Shown here piece by piece: positions 36,501-48,545 of a DNA stretch of 57,281 nucleotides (positions are counted from its first letter, which is position 1; each line of letters starts with the position of its first letter). Location: contig NC_057754.1 of the NCBI RefSeq assembly GCF_004010195.1, forward strand, positions 9,445,524-9,502,804. The letters are read 5' to 3'. Position numbers and translations under genes: made by a program. This stretch comes from Chiloscyllium plagiosum (lineage: Eukaryota). The notes under the pieces were generated by a model that saw only the letters and a list, made by a program, of their open reading frames with translations, had not been told where the DNA came from and did not search any database.

Positions 36501-37054
36501 TTTTAGTTGTGTAATGAGGAGAAGAATTGGCATTCTAGCCATGTGAGGCCCCTTGTGGAAGAGTTAAGAACTCTTTATTAAGATGGAAAGTGACAGAGTT
36601 GATTCTAAGGCTATGGGCCAAAATCGAAATAGAGGAAATTATGATAGTATGAGACAAACAAGCTGGCTACAATAAATTAAGGAACATAATTAAAGGATTG
36701 ACAAATATTTAAGAGTATTTGGAGGAACTGCAGCTGTTGTTCATTCCTATCTGACACTAAATAAAATGGGGAAAGTGTGCCGACCATGGCTAACAAGAGA
36801 TATTAGGGAAAGTATAGGATCCAAGGAAGAGGAATACACATTGGCTAAAAAGAGCAGCAGATCTGAAGAGTGACAGCCATTCAGATTTCAGCTAGAGTGG
36901 ACGAACAGACTGATTAAGAAGGGAAAAATAAAGTATACGAATAAACTTGTGAGGAACATACAAACTAATTGTAAAAGCTCCTAAAGAGATATGAAGAAAC
37001 AAAAAGATTAATCAAACAAATCCCTTACAGTCAGAAACAGGGGAAGTTAAAATG

Positions 37055-37687
37055 TGTTATGGACTAGGCCAGACCACTCAAAACATTATTAAGCACACAG
37101 CCCAGACCATAGCGTCCCAACTTGTTTTGGTAAGTGTACAGTGAAAATTACCCGGATTAAGTTAGCGAGGTTGACTCTCAGGTTTTAAAACAGACAAAAA
37201 TTTATTCACAAGATTACACAATGAAACACAAAGAACAGAATAAAGAACCCCTACGAACTCAGTCTATCCAAACTAGACTTAATAATGCTGTTCCAAATAT
37301 GCATAACAATCCCAATAAGCAAATCCCCTTTAAAAACCAGTACAAAATGTAATGATGCTTACAGGTTGAAATTAGATGGGCAGAAAGAGGGAGACCTTGT
37401 TCATACAGTCCACTGCTGAATCCAGAACTAGTTGTGGACTGAACTAAACTGCTCGGCTAGACGGCTGATCTCTCCCCCTTCATTATACAGGTCACTTCAA
37501 AAACATGACCACTTTGGCCTGAAGTCTCATCTGTTTACATATAAACAAAAAGGCCTCTCAATACCCTTTAATCTCTGTACCAAACTGGTCTAATCGGCAT
37601 CAAGAATGGTTTATTACCCTTCTGGATAAAACCAAGGACATTGAAAAAAGGACCAGCTTTTAGAAAAAAGAAATGAGCTTTGTGACA
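37055..37687 (-). mobile_element. Solo LTR (633 bp)
   Basis: TGTTAT...GTGACA termini, 4-bp imperfect target duplication aatg/tatg, interrupts contiguous CR1 sequence; AATAAA on the minus strand at ~37201-37206. Confidence 0.85.
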
Positions 37688-39134
37688 TATGGAATAAAGA
37701 GGTGGCAGACTAATTAATTGCATATTTTGATTCTGTCATCACAAAGGATGACAAATAATATCCCTAAAATGCTGGGGAACACATGAGAAGAAGGGAACTG
37801 AGTATCAGTAGGGAAATGGTATTGGGAAAGTTGATGGGATTAAAAACCGACAAATCCCAGCACCTGGTAATTTATATCCCACAGTAGACAACAAAGTGGC
37901 CCATGATATAGTGGACACATTCTGAAACTAGGGGTTTGAATCTAAATAGTGGATATTATGGTGATCTTTCAAGATTCTCTTTTGAATAATTCCCATGAAT
38001 TGGAGGGGAGCCATTACTTAAAAAATGAGGTAGAGAGAAAACAGGAAGTTATAGACCGGTTAGCCTAACACTGCAAAGCAGTGACAGGATTAGACAGAGT
38101 CGGTTAGCATGCATGTATGAAAGGAAAATCATGCTGGACAAATCTGCTGGAATGTTTCAAGAATGCAACTTCTAGAGTTGATAAGGAGACAGTGGATGTG
38201 GTTTACTTGGACTTTGAGAAGGCATTCAGGAGGTCCCACATAAGAGAGTAACATGTAAAACTAAAGCAAATGGAATTGAAGGTAGTGTATTGACACGAAT
38301 ACAGAACTGGCTGGCAGACAGGAAATAAAGAGTCAGAATAAACAGGTCACTTTTTGAGTGGCAGCCAGCGACCAGTGTGGTACCGCAGGGATCAGTACTT
38401 GAACCCCAGCTATTCACAATATATATTAGTGATTTCGATGAGGAAACTTCAATGTAACATTTCCAAGCTTGTAGATGATCTGAAACTGGGTGGGACAGTG
38501 AACTGTGAGAAGGGTGCGAACATGCTTCAGTGTGATCTGGAGTTGAGCGGGTGGGCAAAAATGCAAGGCAGCTGCAAGTTAATATGGATAAATGGGAGGT
38601 TATCCACTTTGATCGCAAAAACAGGAAGACAGATTATTATCAGAATGGCAATAGGTTGGAAAAGGGAGAGGTGAAATGAGACCTGGTGTCCTCGTACTCA
38701 AGTGACTAAAAGCAAGCATGCAGGTGCAGACGGAGGTGAAGAAGGCAAATGATATGTTAGCCTTCATAGTGACAGGATTTGAGAACAGGAACAGGGATGT
38801 CGTGCTGAAATTGTATAAGGCCGTGGTGAGGCCACACCTGGAGTATTGTGTGCAGTTTTGGAATACTTGTGAGATGAATGATCTTCTGGCTATGGAGGCT
38901 ACCAGACTGATTCCTGGGATGGCAGGACTGATATAGGAGGTCTGAATGGACCGGTTAGGACAAAATTCACTGGGGTTTAGAAGAATGAGAGAAGATCTCT
39001 CAGCAATGAATGGAACTCCAATGGGACTAACAAGGTAAATGCAGGAAGGATGCTCTCAATGACTGGGGAGTCCAAAACCAAGAAGTTACAGTTTAAGGAC
39101 ATGGGGCAGGCCATTTAGGATAAAGATGAGGATA

Positions 39135-39339
39135 CAGGTCATTCTGCTGTAACGCATGTTTCGCTAATGTGAATTCGCTGCAACGTGATTGATGAATTGG
39201 GGACACTGTTTCCAAAGTGCAAACTTTTAAAACATGTGTTGGCTGTAACGCGATTAGATCGCCAACACTTTGAGCAGTGTTTCTAAAGCGTGTGGGGTTT
39301 CACAAGAACGCGACTAGCGTGTTATAGGACAGCTACCTC
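39135..39339. mobile_element. Tigger-like MITE
   Basis: TA|caggtcattctgctgtaacgc ... gtgttataggacagctacctc|TA; absent from paralog A at ~23680. Confidence 0.75.
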
Positions 39340-40940
39340 TACGGTTCGTTAGTCAGAGACTGGTGAGCCTGTGGGATTCCCTGCCACAGAGAATAATTTA
39401 GACCAAAACATTGAATGTTTCCAAGAAGAAGATATGGTTCTGAGGAGGAAAGGGCTCAAAGGGTATGGGTTTAACAAGCTATGGAGTAGGATGGTCAGCC
39501 ATGCTAACACTGAATATCAGAGCAGGATCAAATGCTACAATGGCCTACTCCTGTTTCTATTTTCTATGTTTCCATTTTGTTAAAGATGGGACATAAAAAC
39601 AAAATGATTGTAACTGGTCCAGATATTAGCACTACCTTATCACCACTGAATGAAAATCCTGCAAGTCCTCACCAGTAGCAATCTGGGAGTAGCTTCACCA
39701 CATGGACTGCAGCAGTCCAAGAAGTTCAAAGAGGTGCAGTATGATTTTGGCTGCTCTGTCTCTTGTTTTCTATCCAGTTATCAAATCGTTGAATGTTCTG
39801 AGAAAATAACGTAGTAATGTAGGAAGTGAGAAAATAATTCTAGACATCTGCTGAAACTGTTTACAGTCACTTGACTTAGAAATTGGATAATGGTTTACAT
39901 TCCTGTTAACAACTCAGTATTGCACAATGCCTTTCCATCCATTATTTGAAACTGTTTAATTGAACTGACAATTTACGTTAGCTTTATTTTCATTTTAATA
40001 CCTCCTTTATCTGTGTCTCTCAATTAGTCCGAGTGGAGGTTATGAATAAAGATAATAATTAGAGATTTTCTTTAAAGCACAGATATTGATTAGATTGCTG
40101 AGCTATTTACATTTGTTTTCTCAAGTTTTTTTTGCTCTATAAACTTGGTGTCTAAGATGTTATTCATATGGGGTGGGGGAGGGGAGGAGTGGTTGAGAGA
40201 AACAATGGGCTAGGATCTTGTGGCATGATGTGGGGACAGTGGCTCTATTTCCAAACCTCCCCACCCCCGCTCATTTCTCTCCCTCCACTCTCTGCTCTGC
40301 TCTCTCAGCCTTTTTCACTTTGGCAGCAAGCTCAGTGACAAAGATGTGCACGTGGGCTCTTTTCCACCAACCACAGTCACTAGCATGCACAAGCCTCCCA
40401 AGAGCTGACTGCACATACTTGTCGGCAAATACAGCAATGATTCAACCCAATAATCTTTGTTTTCGGTCCCATTCACACACCAAAGACAGATAAACAGTTA
40501 AGGGATAAATTAATAAAAATAAAAGAAAACTGAGCAGATTTCTTAAGCAGTTTCCAAGATGCATTGTTTCACAAGTATGCAGGATTTGTCAAACCTTCTT
40601 CATGCTGTAACATTAACAGCCAAAGTCCTTTTCTCAGAGTCCAAAAAACTCCGGCCTTTCCTTCCGTTTGATCATGTCCTCTCCCAGGCTTGCTGACACC
40701 AGTTCCTAGATACTAACCTCATTGATGGCTAAAAGAGTTGCCAAGAGTTTTTGACGAAGAACCAAGCTGCAATTACATTCCAGGCCTGGCTTCGGAGACA
40801 AACAATTGCTTGTTTGTTGTTTTTAACACAAGCTGCTGCTCACAGTCCACAGGTCACCGTTCAGCTCTCAGATTCAAATCAAAAATGATACTTTTATTAT
40901 TGGCAAGGGTTCTAATACAGTGCAGTGACTGTGGAAGGAC

Positions 40941-41277
40941 TTTAGATTAGATTCCCTACAGTGTGGAAACAGGCCCACCTTTGGACCAACAAGTCCACAC
41001 TGACCTTCCCTAGAGTCACCCACCCAGAACCATTCCCCTACCCTATATTTACCGTGACAAATGCACCTAAAACACTTATGGACATTTTAGCACAAGCCAA
41101 TTCTCCTAACCTACAATCTTTGGAATGTAGGAGGAAACTGGAGCACCCGTAGGAAACCCACACAGACACGGGGAGAATATGCAAACTCCACACAGACAGT
41201 CACCCGAGGGTGGAAACGAACCCGGGTCCCTGGCGCTGTAAGGCAGCAATGCTAACCACTGAGCCACCGTGCCGCCC
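40941..41277 (-). mobile_element. HE1 V-SINE
   Basis: Full-length on the minus strand; absent from paralog A at ~25512. Confidence 0.95.
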
Positions 41278-41319
41278 CAATGATGCAGATTGAGTGAGGG
41301 GGACACTATTCATTGAAGT

Positions 41320-42090
41320 TACAAATAATGAGAGGTGATCACATCGAAGCAAATCAGATTCTGAAGGAGCTTGACAGGGAAAATGCTGAAAGGATGTTCC
41401 CCCTCATTTTACAGTCGAGGACCAGACAGCATCATCTCGGACCAGAAAGCATAGTCTCAGGGCGCCAACGTAAAACTGAGACAAGGTGGAATACGTCTCA
41501 GAGTGTTGAGTGCCTTTGGACCTTCTTGCCACAGAAGGCTGTGGGAGCAGAGTCCATGTGTATATTTAAAGGCTGAGTTGACCTTATAGACATTTATAAA
41601 ATCATCAGGTAAGGTGAATAGCCAAGGTCTTTTCCCCAGGGTATGGAGTTCAAAACTAGAGGGCACAGGTTTAGGGTAAGAGGACAAAGATGTAAAAGTG
41701 ACCTAAGGGGCAACGTTTTCACACATAGGGTGGTGTGTGTATAGAATGAGTTGCCAGAGGAAGTGGTACAATTCCAACATTTAAAAGACATCTGACTGGG
41801 TTTATGAACAGGAAGGGGTTAGAGGGATATGGGTCAAATGCTGGCAAATGGGACTAGATTAATTTAGGAGATCTGGTCATCATGGACGAATTGGACTGAA
41901 GGGTCTGTTTCTGCGCTGTACATCTCTATGACTTTCTGCGATAGATTCTTGATGAATAAGAGAATCAAGGGGTTGGGAAATATGCTGGAAAGTGGACTTG
42001 AGGAATGTCAGATCAGCCACGATCCTATTGAATGGTGGAACAGAGTCGATGAGGCGAATGGCCTAGTCCTGTTTCTATTACACATGACCT
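41320..42090 (+). mobile_element. Old CR1 3' end with a younger CR1 3' end nested at ~41580-41935
   Basis: DHIEANQILKELDRENAERMFPL; nested copy ends catctctatgact. Confidence 0.8.
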
Positions 42091-42359
42091 TCCAGTAGAC
42101 TGTAGAAAGAGCTGAAACCAGTTATACAGCCTGATTGAGTGTTCCGGTGAATTGACTGTGGAAAGAGTGGTACTGCTGCTTTTCATTGCATGAACTTCAT
42201 CTAATCGTCACATTGCACTTTGACCTCTCACAGGGAGTAATCAAACAAAACTACACAACCACATAGGGACAAGTTCGGGTAGATTGGGTAGTATATTAGT
42301 AGATGTAGGTTTACTTGTGGCATGTATGCTCACAATTACAATTCACTGTGCGCATACTC

Positions 42360-43275
42360 CACCACCGTGCCCTCTTGATTGATGTCATCTCGTGACCAAT
42401 AGCAAGAAAGGCATGGAAGGCGAGAGTTGCATCTGTTGGTTCTCCAACCAATCAGGCATAATGAGGGGCGGGTTGGGCACCACGATCAATCAAAGTGAGG
42501 GAGGGCGGGACCTTCAATCAACCGGAATGAGTCAAAAATCGCATGACACTGGGGTATAGTCCAACAGGTTTATTTGAAACCGCAAGCTATTGGAGTCCCT
42601 GCTCCTTCCTCAGGCAGCTAGTGAAAGAGAATACATCAGACACGGAATTTATAAGTAAAAGATCAAAGGATCATACAACTTGTGCGAATGTGTCGAACAA
42701 ACCCAGATGGGTATTAAGTTTTAATCAATTAGAATGGAGATGCAGGTTTAGATTGATTAATTGGTAAATTCCATGATTTCCTTCAAGTCATTGCCCCAAG
42801 ATCAAACAATGCATTTTAGGTGTGACGTCTTGTTCCAAGTCTGTTTGTATCTCAAACTCGAATCAGACTTGAGGCGGTGACTTGAAACAAATTCTGGGAT
42901 TTGCCTATTAATCAATCAAAGCCAGCACCTCCATTCTAACTGCTTAAAGCTTCATAGTCATCCAGGTTTGTTCAATACATTTTCATAAGTTGTATGACTT
43001 TTTGATCTTTTACTTATAAATGCTGTGTCCAATGTACTTTCTCTCACTAGCTGCCTGAGGAAGGAGTGGGGGCTCTGAAAGCTTGCGGGTTCAAATAAAC
43101 CTGTTGGACTATAACCCAGTGTCGTGTGATTTCTGACTTTGTCCACCCCAGTCCAACACCGGCACCTCCACACAATCGGAATGAGTGAGGGGTGGGGCTA
43201 GTTCACCAATCAATCAGTGAAAGAGAAGATGGGTCTAGAGTTGTGACTAGGGCATGTGCCAGAGGTGTGCTGGAA
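42360..43275. promoter_or_regulatory. Decayed paralog of the CCAAT/GC-box promoter, split by an insertion
   Basis: cttgattgatg..gaccaatag (42375-42402), ccaatc, ggggcggg; after the insertion gaggggtggggcta..caatcagtgaaagagaag matches 26917-26958. Confidence 0.8.
42533..43172. mobile_element. Long palindromic Penelope-type element
   Basis: ~270-bp inverted arms (42530-42800 / 42868-43138); 14-bp target duplication caa(c/t)cggaatgagt; hammerhead-like ctgagga-aggagtgggggctct-gaaagct at 43055-43083. Confidence 0.9.
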
Positions 43276-43907
43276 CCAGGTCCATGCTCTCCAGACTGAG
43301 TTTTCTGTCCACTTGTTTTGCTGCAGATTCAATGGGAAGCATTTCCTGCTCGTTAATTCCAACAGACTATCATCACAAGCTCTAACAGGGTCACTCCATT
43401 CACCAGCTTCTCACTATCATTGGTCTTTCACCGTGCAAGGTAAAACGTTTGTCTACTGTGTCTGTGGGATAAGATTTCCGAGATCAATACCGCAGGAAAA
43501 ACGGTGAGAAATTCAAAAATGTGTGCCGAGCAGCCCCAGAGGATATGACTGGGTACCACAGTTGAGGAAAGAGAGACTGTGGACCTTCCTGGGGAAGATG
43601 GCAGATTTACCCCAACGATTCCTGGAGTCCAGGGTTATGTGACGGGCAGAGATTGCAGAAATCCATCTTAGATTCATTAGGGCACAGAAAGAAATAATTT
43701 AACTGACTTCATCACTTTTGGTATGGAAATGCAGTCTCTCTAATTCCCCTGCACCCTCCCCAAGGCTCTGCAAGTTTAGTTCCATTAAATGCTTGTCTAA
43801 TTATGTTTTTTTCGGTCATTGTTTCTCTTTGTTCCCACCTGTGAACATAGAGGTCTATGTAGTACCACTCACTCTGGGGGTGGGTAGGAAGCATTACATC
43901 TGTTGTT

Positions 43908-43957
43908 GCTGAAATAGCTCAGTTGGGAGTATAAAGTTTAAATCCCAGATTTCACCA
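43908..43957 (+). pseudogene. tRNA-Phe-derived pseudogene (5' arm intact, anticodon arm deleted)
   Basis: gctgaaatagctcagttgggag matches the tRNA-Phe 5' end GCCGAAATAGCTCAGTTGGGAG at 21/22; 3' end aatcccagatttcacca. Confidence 0.75.
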
Positions 43958-44599
43958 GTCAGTCCTGGGCATGACGGTGGCCCAGTGGTTCAGCACTGCT
44001 GCCTCATACTGCCAGGAACCTGGATTTGATTGCAGCGTTGTGCGAACTGTCTGCATAGCATTTGCACTGTGTGTGTGTGTGTGTGCATGCGGGGTCATGG
44101 AGAGGGGATTGGGGGGGATGATAGTGAGAAGCTGGTGAATGGAGTGACTCTGTTAGACCGTGTGATGATAGTTCATTGGAATTGACAATCGGAAAAGCAT
44201 CTGGACAGCATTTTCTTGGTGAGACGTGATGGCCTGAATGGCATCTTTCTATATGTTTTTATCTCTTGCCCATCTTAGAAATGGCTGGGCCTAATACACT
44301 ATCAAACATTTCATAGCTTCCATAAATCACTTAGCTGAGGGGATTGAAGCTAAAGATGGATAGAAAACTGTTGTGATGAAGATATGAGGTTTTGGGCTGA
44401 TATAGATAGGTTTAGTGTATGGGCAAAATATCTTGCAGCTGGAGTATAATGTGGGAACAAGTGTGATGTCGTTCACATTGGCAGGAAGAATAAATAAAAG
44501 CCGAATATTTCTTAAATGGAGAATGACTGCAGAATTCTGAGGTGCTGAGAGATTGAGGGATTTTAAAGTACAAGTCAAAATTAAAATGGATACACAGCA

Positions 44600-45862
44600 T
44601 GTAATCATAGTCATACAACATGTAAATAGACCTCTTGGTCCAACCAGCCCACTCCAACCAGGTTCCCAAACTAACCTACTCCCATCTGCATTTAGAGGCA
44701 TAGAAATGTACAGCATGAAAACAGACCTTACAGTCTCACTTGTCCATGTCGACCAGATATCCTAAATAAATCTAGTCCCATTTGCCAGCATTTGGCCCAT
44801 ATCCCTCCAAACCCTTCCTATTCATATACCCATCCAGATGCCTTTAAATGTTCAATTGTACCAGCCTCCACCACTTCCTCTGGCAGCTTATTCCATACAC
44901 GCATCACCCTCTGCATGAAAAAAGTTGCTCCTTAGGTCCCTTTTAAATCTTTTTCCTCTCATCTTAAACCTATGCCCTCTAGTTCTGGACTCCATTATCC
45001 TGGGAAAAAGACCTTAACTATTCACCCTATCCATGCCCCTCATGATTTATAATCATCTATAAATTCACTCCTCAGCCTCTGACATTCCAGGGAAAATAGC
45101 TCGAGCCTATTCAGCCTCCTACAGCTCAAACCCTCTGACTCTGGCAACATCCTTGTAAACCTTTTCAAGTTCCACAACGTCGCTCCTGAACCAGGGAGAC
45201 CAGCAAGCAGTATTCCAAATGTGGTCTAACCAATGTTCTGTACAGCCGTTGCATGACCTTGCAACTCAGTGCACTGACCAAATGGATCAAACACCCTCTT
45301 CACTATCCTGTCTACCTGCAACTGCACTTTCAAGGAACTATGAACCTGCATATGACCCTTAGGTCTCTTTGTTTGGCAAGACTGCCAGGACCTTAACATG
45401 AAGTGTATAATTCCTGCCCTGATTTGCCCTACCAAAATGCAGCATCTCACATTTTTCTCATTGAAAATCCATCTGCCACTCTTCAGCTCATTTGATCAAG
45501 GTCCTGTTGTAATCTGAGGTAACCTTCTTCGCTGTCCACTACACCACAAATTTTGGTGTCATCTGCAAACTTACTAACCATACCTCCTATATTCATATCC
45601 AAGTCATTTATATAAATGACAAAAAGCAGTGGATCCAGCACTGAATCTTGTGGCATACTGTTTATCTCCATTCTGAAAAGCAACTCTCCACCCCACCCTC
45701 TGTCTCGTACTTTTGAGCCAGTAATGTATCAAGATGGCTAGTTGTCCCTAAATTCCATGTGACCAAACCTCGCTAACCAGTATATCATGTGGAACCTTAT
45801 TGAACACTTTATTGAAATCCATATAGACCACATCCACTGCTCTGTCTTCATCAATCCTCTTC
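44600..45862 (-). mobile_element. CR1 3' fragment(s)
   Basis: LDPLLFVIYINDLD..SKFADDTK; two 3' tails at ~44605 and ~44695. Confidence 0.92.
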
Positions 45863-46546
45863 GTTAGATGTCATCTATAAGCTTGGAGATATGACATTTA
45901 AGTTCCTTCACCTAAAACATTAATATTCATTGTAAACAGTTGGGGTCTAAACACTGATCCCTGCGGAACTACACTGGTCACTGGCTGCCACTCAAGAAAT
46001 GATTTATTTATTCCAATTCCTTGTTTCCTGTCTGCCAGCCAGTTGTGTATCTGCTTCAACACTACCCCAATCACAAGTGCTTTAATTGTACATGCTAATC
46101 TCTTCTAGGACCTCTTGAATGCCTTCTAAAAGCCCAAGTAATCCACATCCACTGCCTCCTTATCAACTGTACAAGTTGCATTCTTGAAACATTCCAGCAG
46201 ATTTGTCCAACATGATTTCTCTTTCGTAAATCCATGCTGACTGACTCTGTCACTGTTCTCCAGGCTAACCAGTCTAAAATTGATATTTTCTCTCTACCCC
46301 CATTTTTAAATAGTGGGGGTTACTTTAGCTATCATCCAACCAATAGGAATTGTTCCAGAGTCTGTATAATCTTGAAAGATGACCATCAATTGCCTCAATT
46401 TACATTCAAGCCCCTAGTTTCAGAAATGCGTCCACGTTTTCTTGGGACACTTTGTTAAATTCTGAGGTATAGATGCTGCGGATTTGTTAGCTTTTAATTC
46501 CACCAATTTCTCCAACACCATTTCTTGCTAGTGCTGATTTCCTTCA

Positions 46547-46589
<43 letters not shown>

Positions 46590-48545
46590 GTGTATGCCTG
46601 GGATATTGTTTGTGTCATCCTTTCTGATGACAGATCCAGACTATGTAGTTGAATGTAATTGGTTTGCCATCTCTTTATTCCTCATTATAACTTCCCCTGT
46701 TTCTGACTGTAAGGGGATTTGTTTTCATTAATCTCTTTTCTTTCTTCATTACCTTGAGAAGCTTTAACAATGAGTTTGTATGTTCCCTGCAAGCTTACCC
46801 CTATACTTGATTTTTCCTGTCTTAGTCAATCCCTTGGTGCTCTTTTGCTGAAATCTTAACTGCTCCCAGTCTTCAGATTGCCATGGTCCCAGAGGACCAT
46901 ATGGCTGGTCTCTCATTACAGCTAGCACTGCTTTAACCGGAGGGTCACCATGCCTGAGGCATGGGTCAAGTTTAAGAGGATGGGATCTTCATGGTGATCT
47001 CAGTTAGTACAGGTGCTGTTGGCGTTACTCTGCATCACACACCAGTCATCCAGCCAACCTAGCAAATTTCCCCCCACTCCCTCACTCCCCTCCAAACAAT
47101 ACACAGTCTGGGATGGCCTGACCTTCACTTGGATCCTCGATCTGAATCTAGAAAACCATCTTTTACACACTTTCAGAAATTTCTCCTTTATTGGTACTGC
47201 TACTGATTTGATTTGTCCAATCAGATTGAAGTCACCCACAACAACCAGAAGACCACAAGATACAGGAGAAGAACTGGGCCATTTGGCCCATCAAGTCTGC
47301 TCTGCCATTTGATCATGGCTGATACATTTCTCAACCCCTTTCTCTTGCCTTCCCCCATAAGCCCTGATCCCCTCAGCAATCAACAACCTGTCTCCATCTG
47401 TCTTGAATACATTTAATGACTTGGCCTCCACAGCCCTCTAAAGCAATGAGTTCCACAGGTACACCACCTCTGGCTGAAGAAACACTTCCTCATCTCATTT
47501 CGAAAGGGTCATCTTCTCATTCGAGGCTATGCCCTCAGGTCCTAATCTCTCCTATTAACTGAAACATCTTCTCCACCTCCAATCTATTTAGGCCTCTCAG
47601 TATTTTGTAAGTTTCCTCATATTTCTAATCTGTTATCAATCACAGATCCAGAGTCCTCAACTGCAGCTTATATGACAAATCCTCAATCCCTAGCAGCATT
47701 CTTGTAAACCATCTCGGAACCCCCTCCAATGGCAGCATGTTCTCCTTAGGGGCCCAAAACTGCTCACAATACTCCAAATGTGGTCTGACGAGAGTTGATA
47801 CAGCGTCAGCAGTATATCTCTGCTCTTGCATTCTAGGCCCCGTGAAATAAATATCAAATTGGCATTTGCCTTCCTAACTACGAACTGAATCTCCACGTTA
47901 ACCTGAGGAGAATCCTTACTAAGACTCTCAAGTCCCTTCAGATTTCCAAGGCTCTTTCCTATTTAGGAAATAGTCTACACATAAATTCTTCCTTCCAAAG
48001 TACATAATCTCACACTTTCCCCACATTATACTTCATCTGTCACTTCTCTGCCCTCTCCCCTAGCATGTCCATGTCCTTCTGCAGCCTCCCCGCTTCCTCA
48101 GCACTACCTTTCCCTCCACCTATCTTTGTGTCAACTGCAAACTGAGTAACAGTGCCCTCAGTTCCTTCATCCAGATCGTTAATGTATAACGTGAACAGTT
48201 GTAGTCTCAACACTGACCCCTGCAGAACTCCATGAGTCACTGGTTACCATCCTGAAAAAGACACTTTTATCCCTACTCTCTGCCTTCTGCCAGTCAGCCA
48301 ATCCTCTATCCATGCCAGTACCTTGCCGCTAACAGCATGGGATCTTATCTTATTTAGCAGCCTCCTGTGTGACACCTTGTCAACGGCCTTCTAGAAAACC
48401 AAATAGTTCACATCCACTGACTCTCCTTTGTCTAACTTGCTCATTACCTCCTCAAATAATTTGAACAGATGTCAGTCCTGACCTCCCCTTGACAAAGCCA
48501 TGCTAATTCTGCCCTATTCTACCATGCACCTTCAAGTACTCTGCA
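45863..48545 (-). repeat. Inverted segmental duplicate of ~35200-38470 (CR1-SINE-CR1 mosaic)
   Basis: Shared junctions in reverse orientation: gtggtcttctggtt.tt.tg.gtgacttcaatctg (36083 / 47222-47256), SINE at the same site, ttctgaaactagggg.ttgaat.taaat (37920 / 46397-46425). Confidence 0.88.
46550..46587. repeat. (CT)n microsatellite
   Basis: Pure CT run. Confidence 0.98.

Larger units (their letters stand above)
36093..39575 (+). mobile_element. Old long CR1 ORF2 (endonuclease to 3' end) with nested SINE, solo LTR and MITE
   Basis: IMRDFNLH, PWLTRDI, YRPVSLT, VPQGSVLEPQLFTIYI, VRPHLEYCVQFW. Confidence 0.85.
38140..44600 (+). repeat. Segmental duplication unit B (direct paralog of 22740-28630)
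   Basis: Same shared junctions as listed for unit A. Confidence 0.9.
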
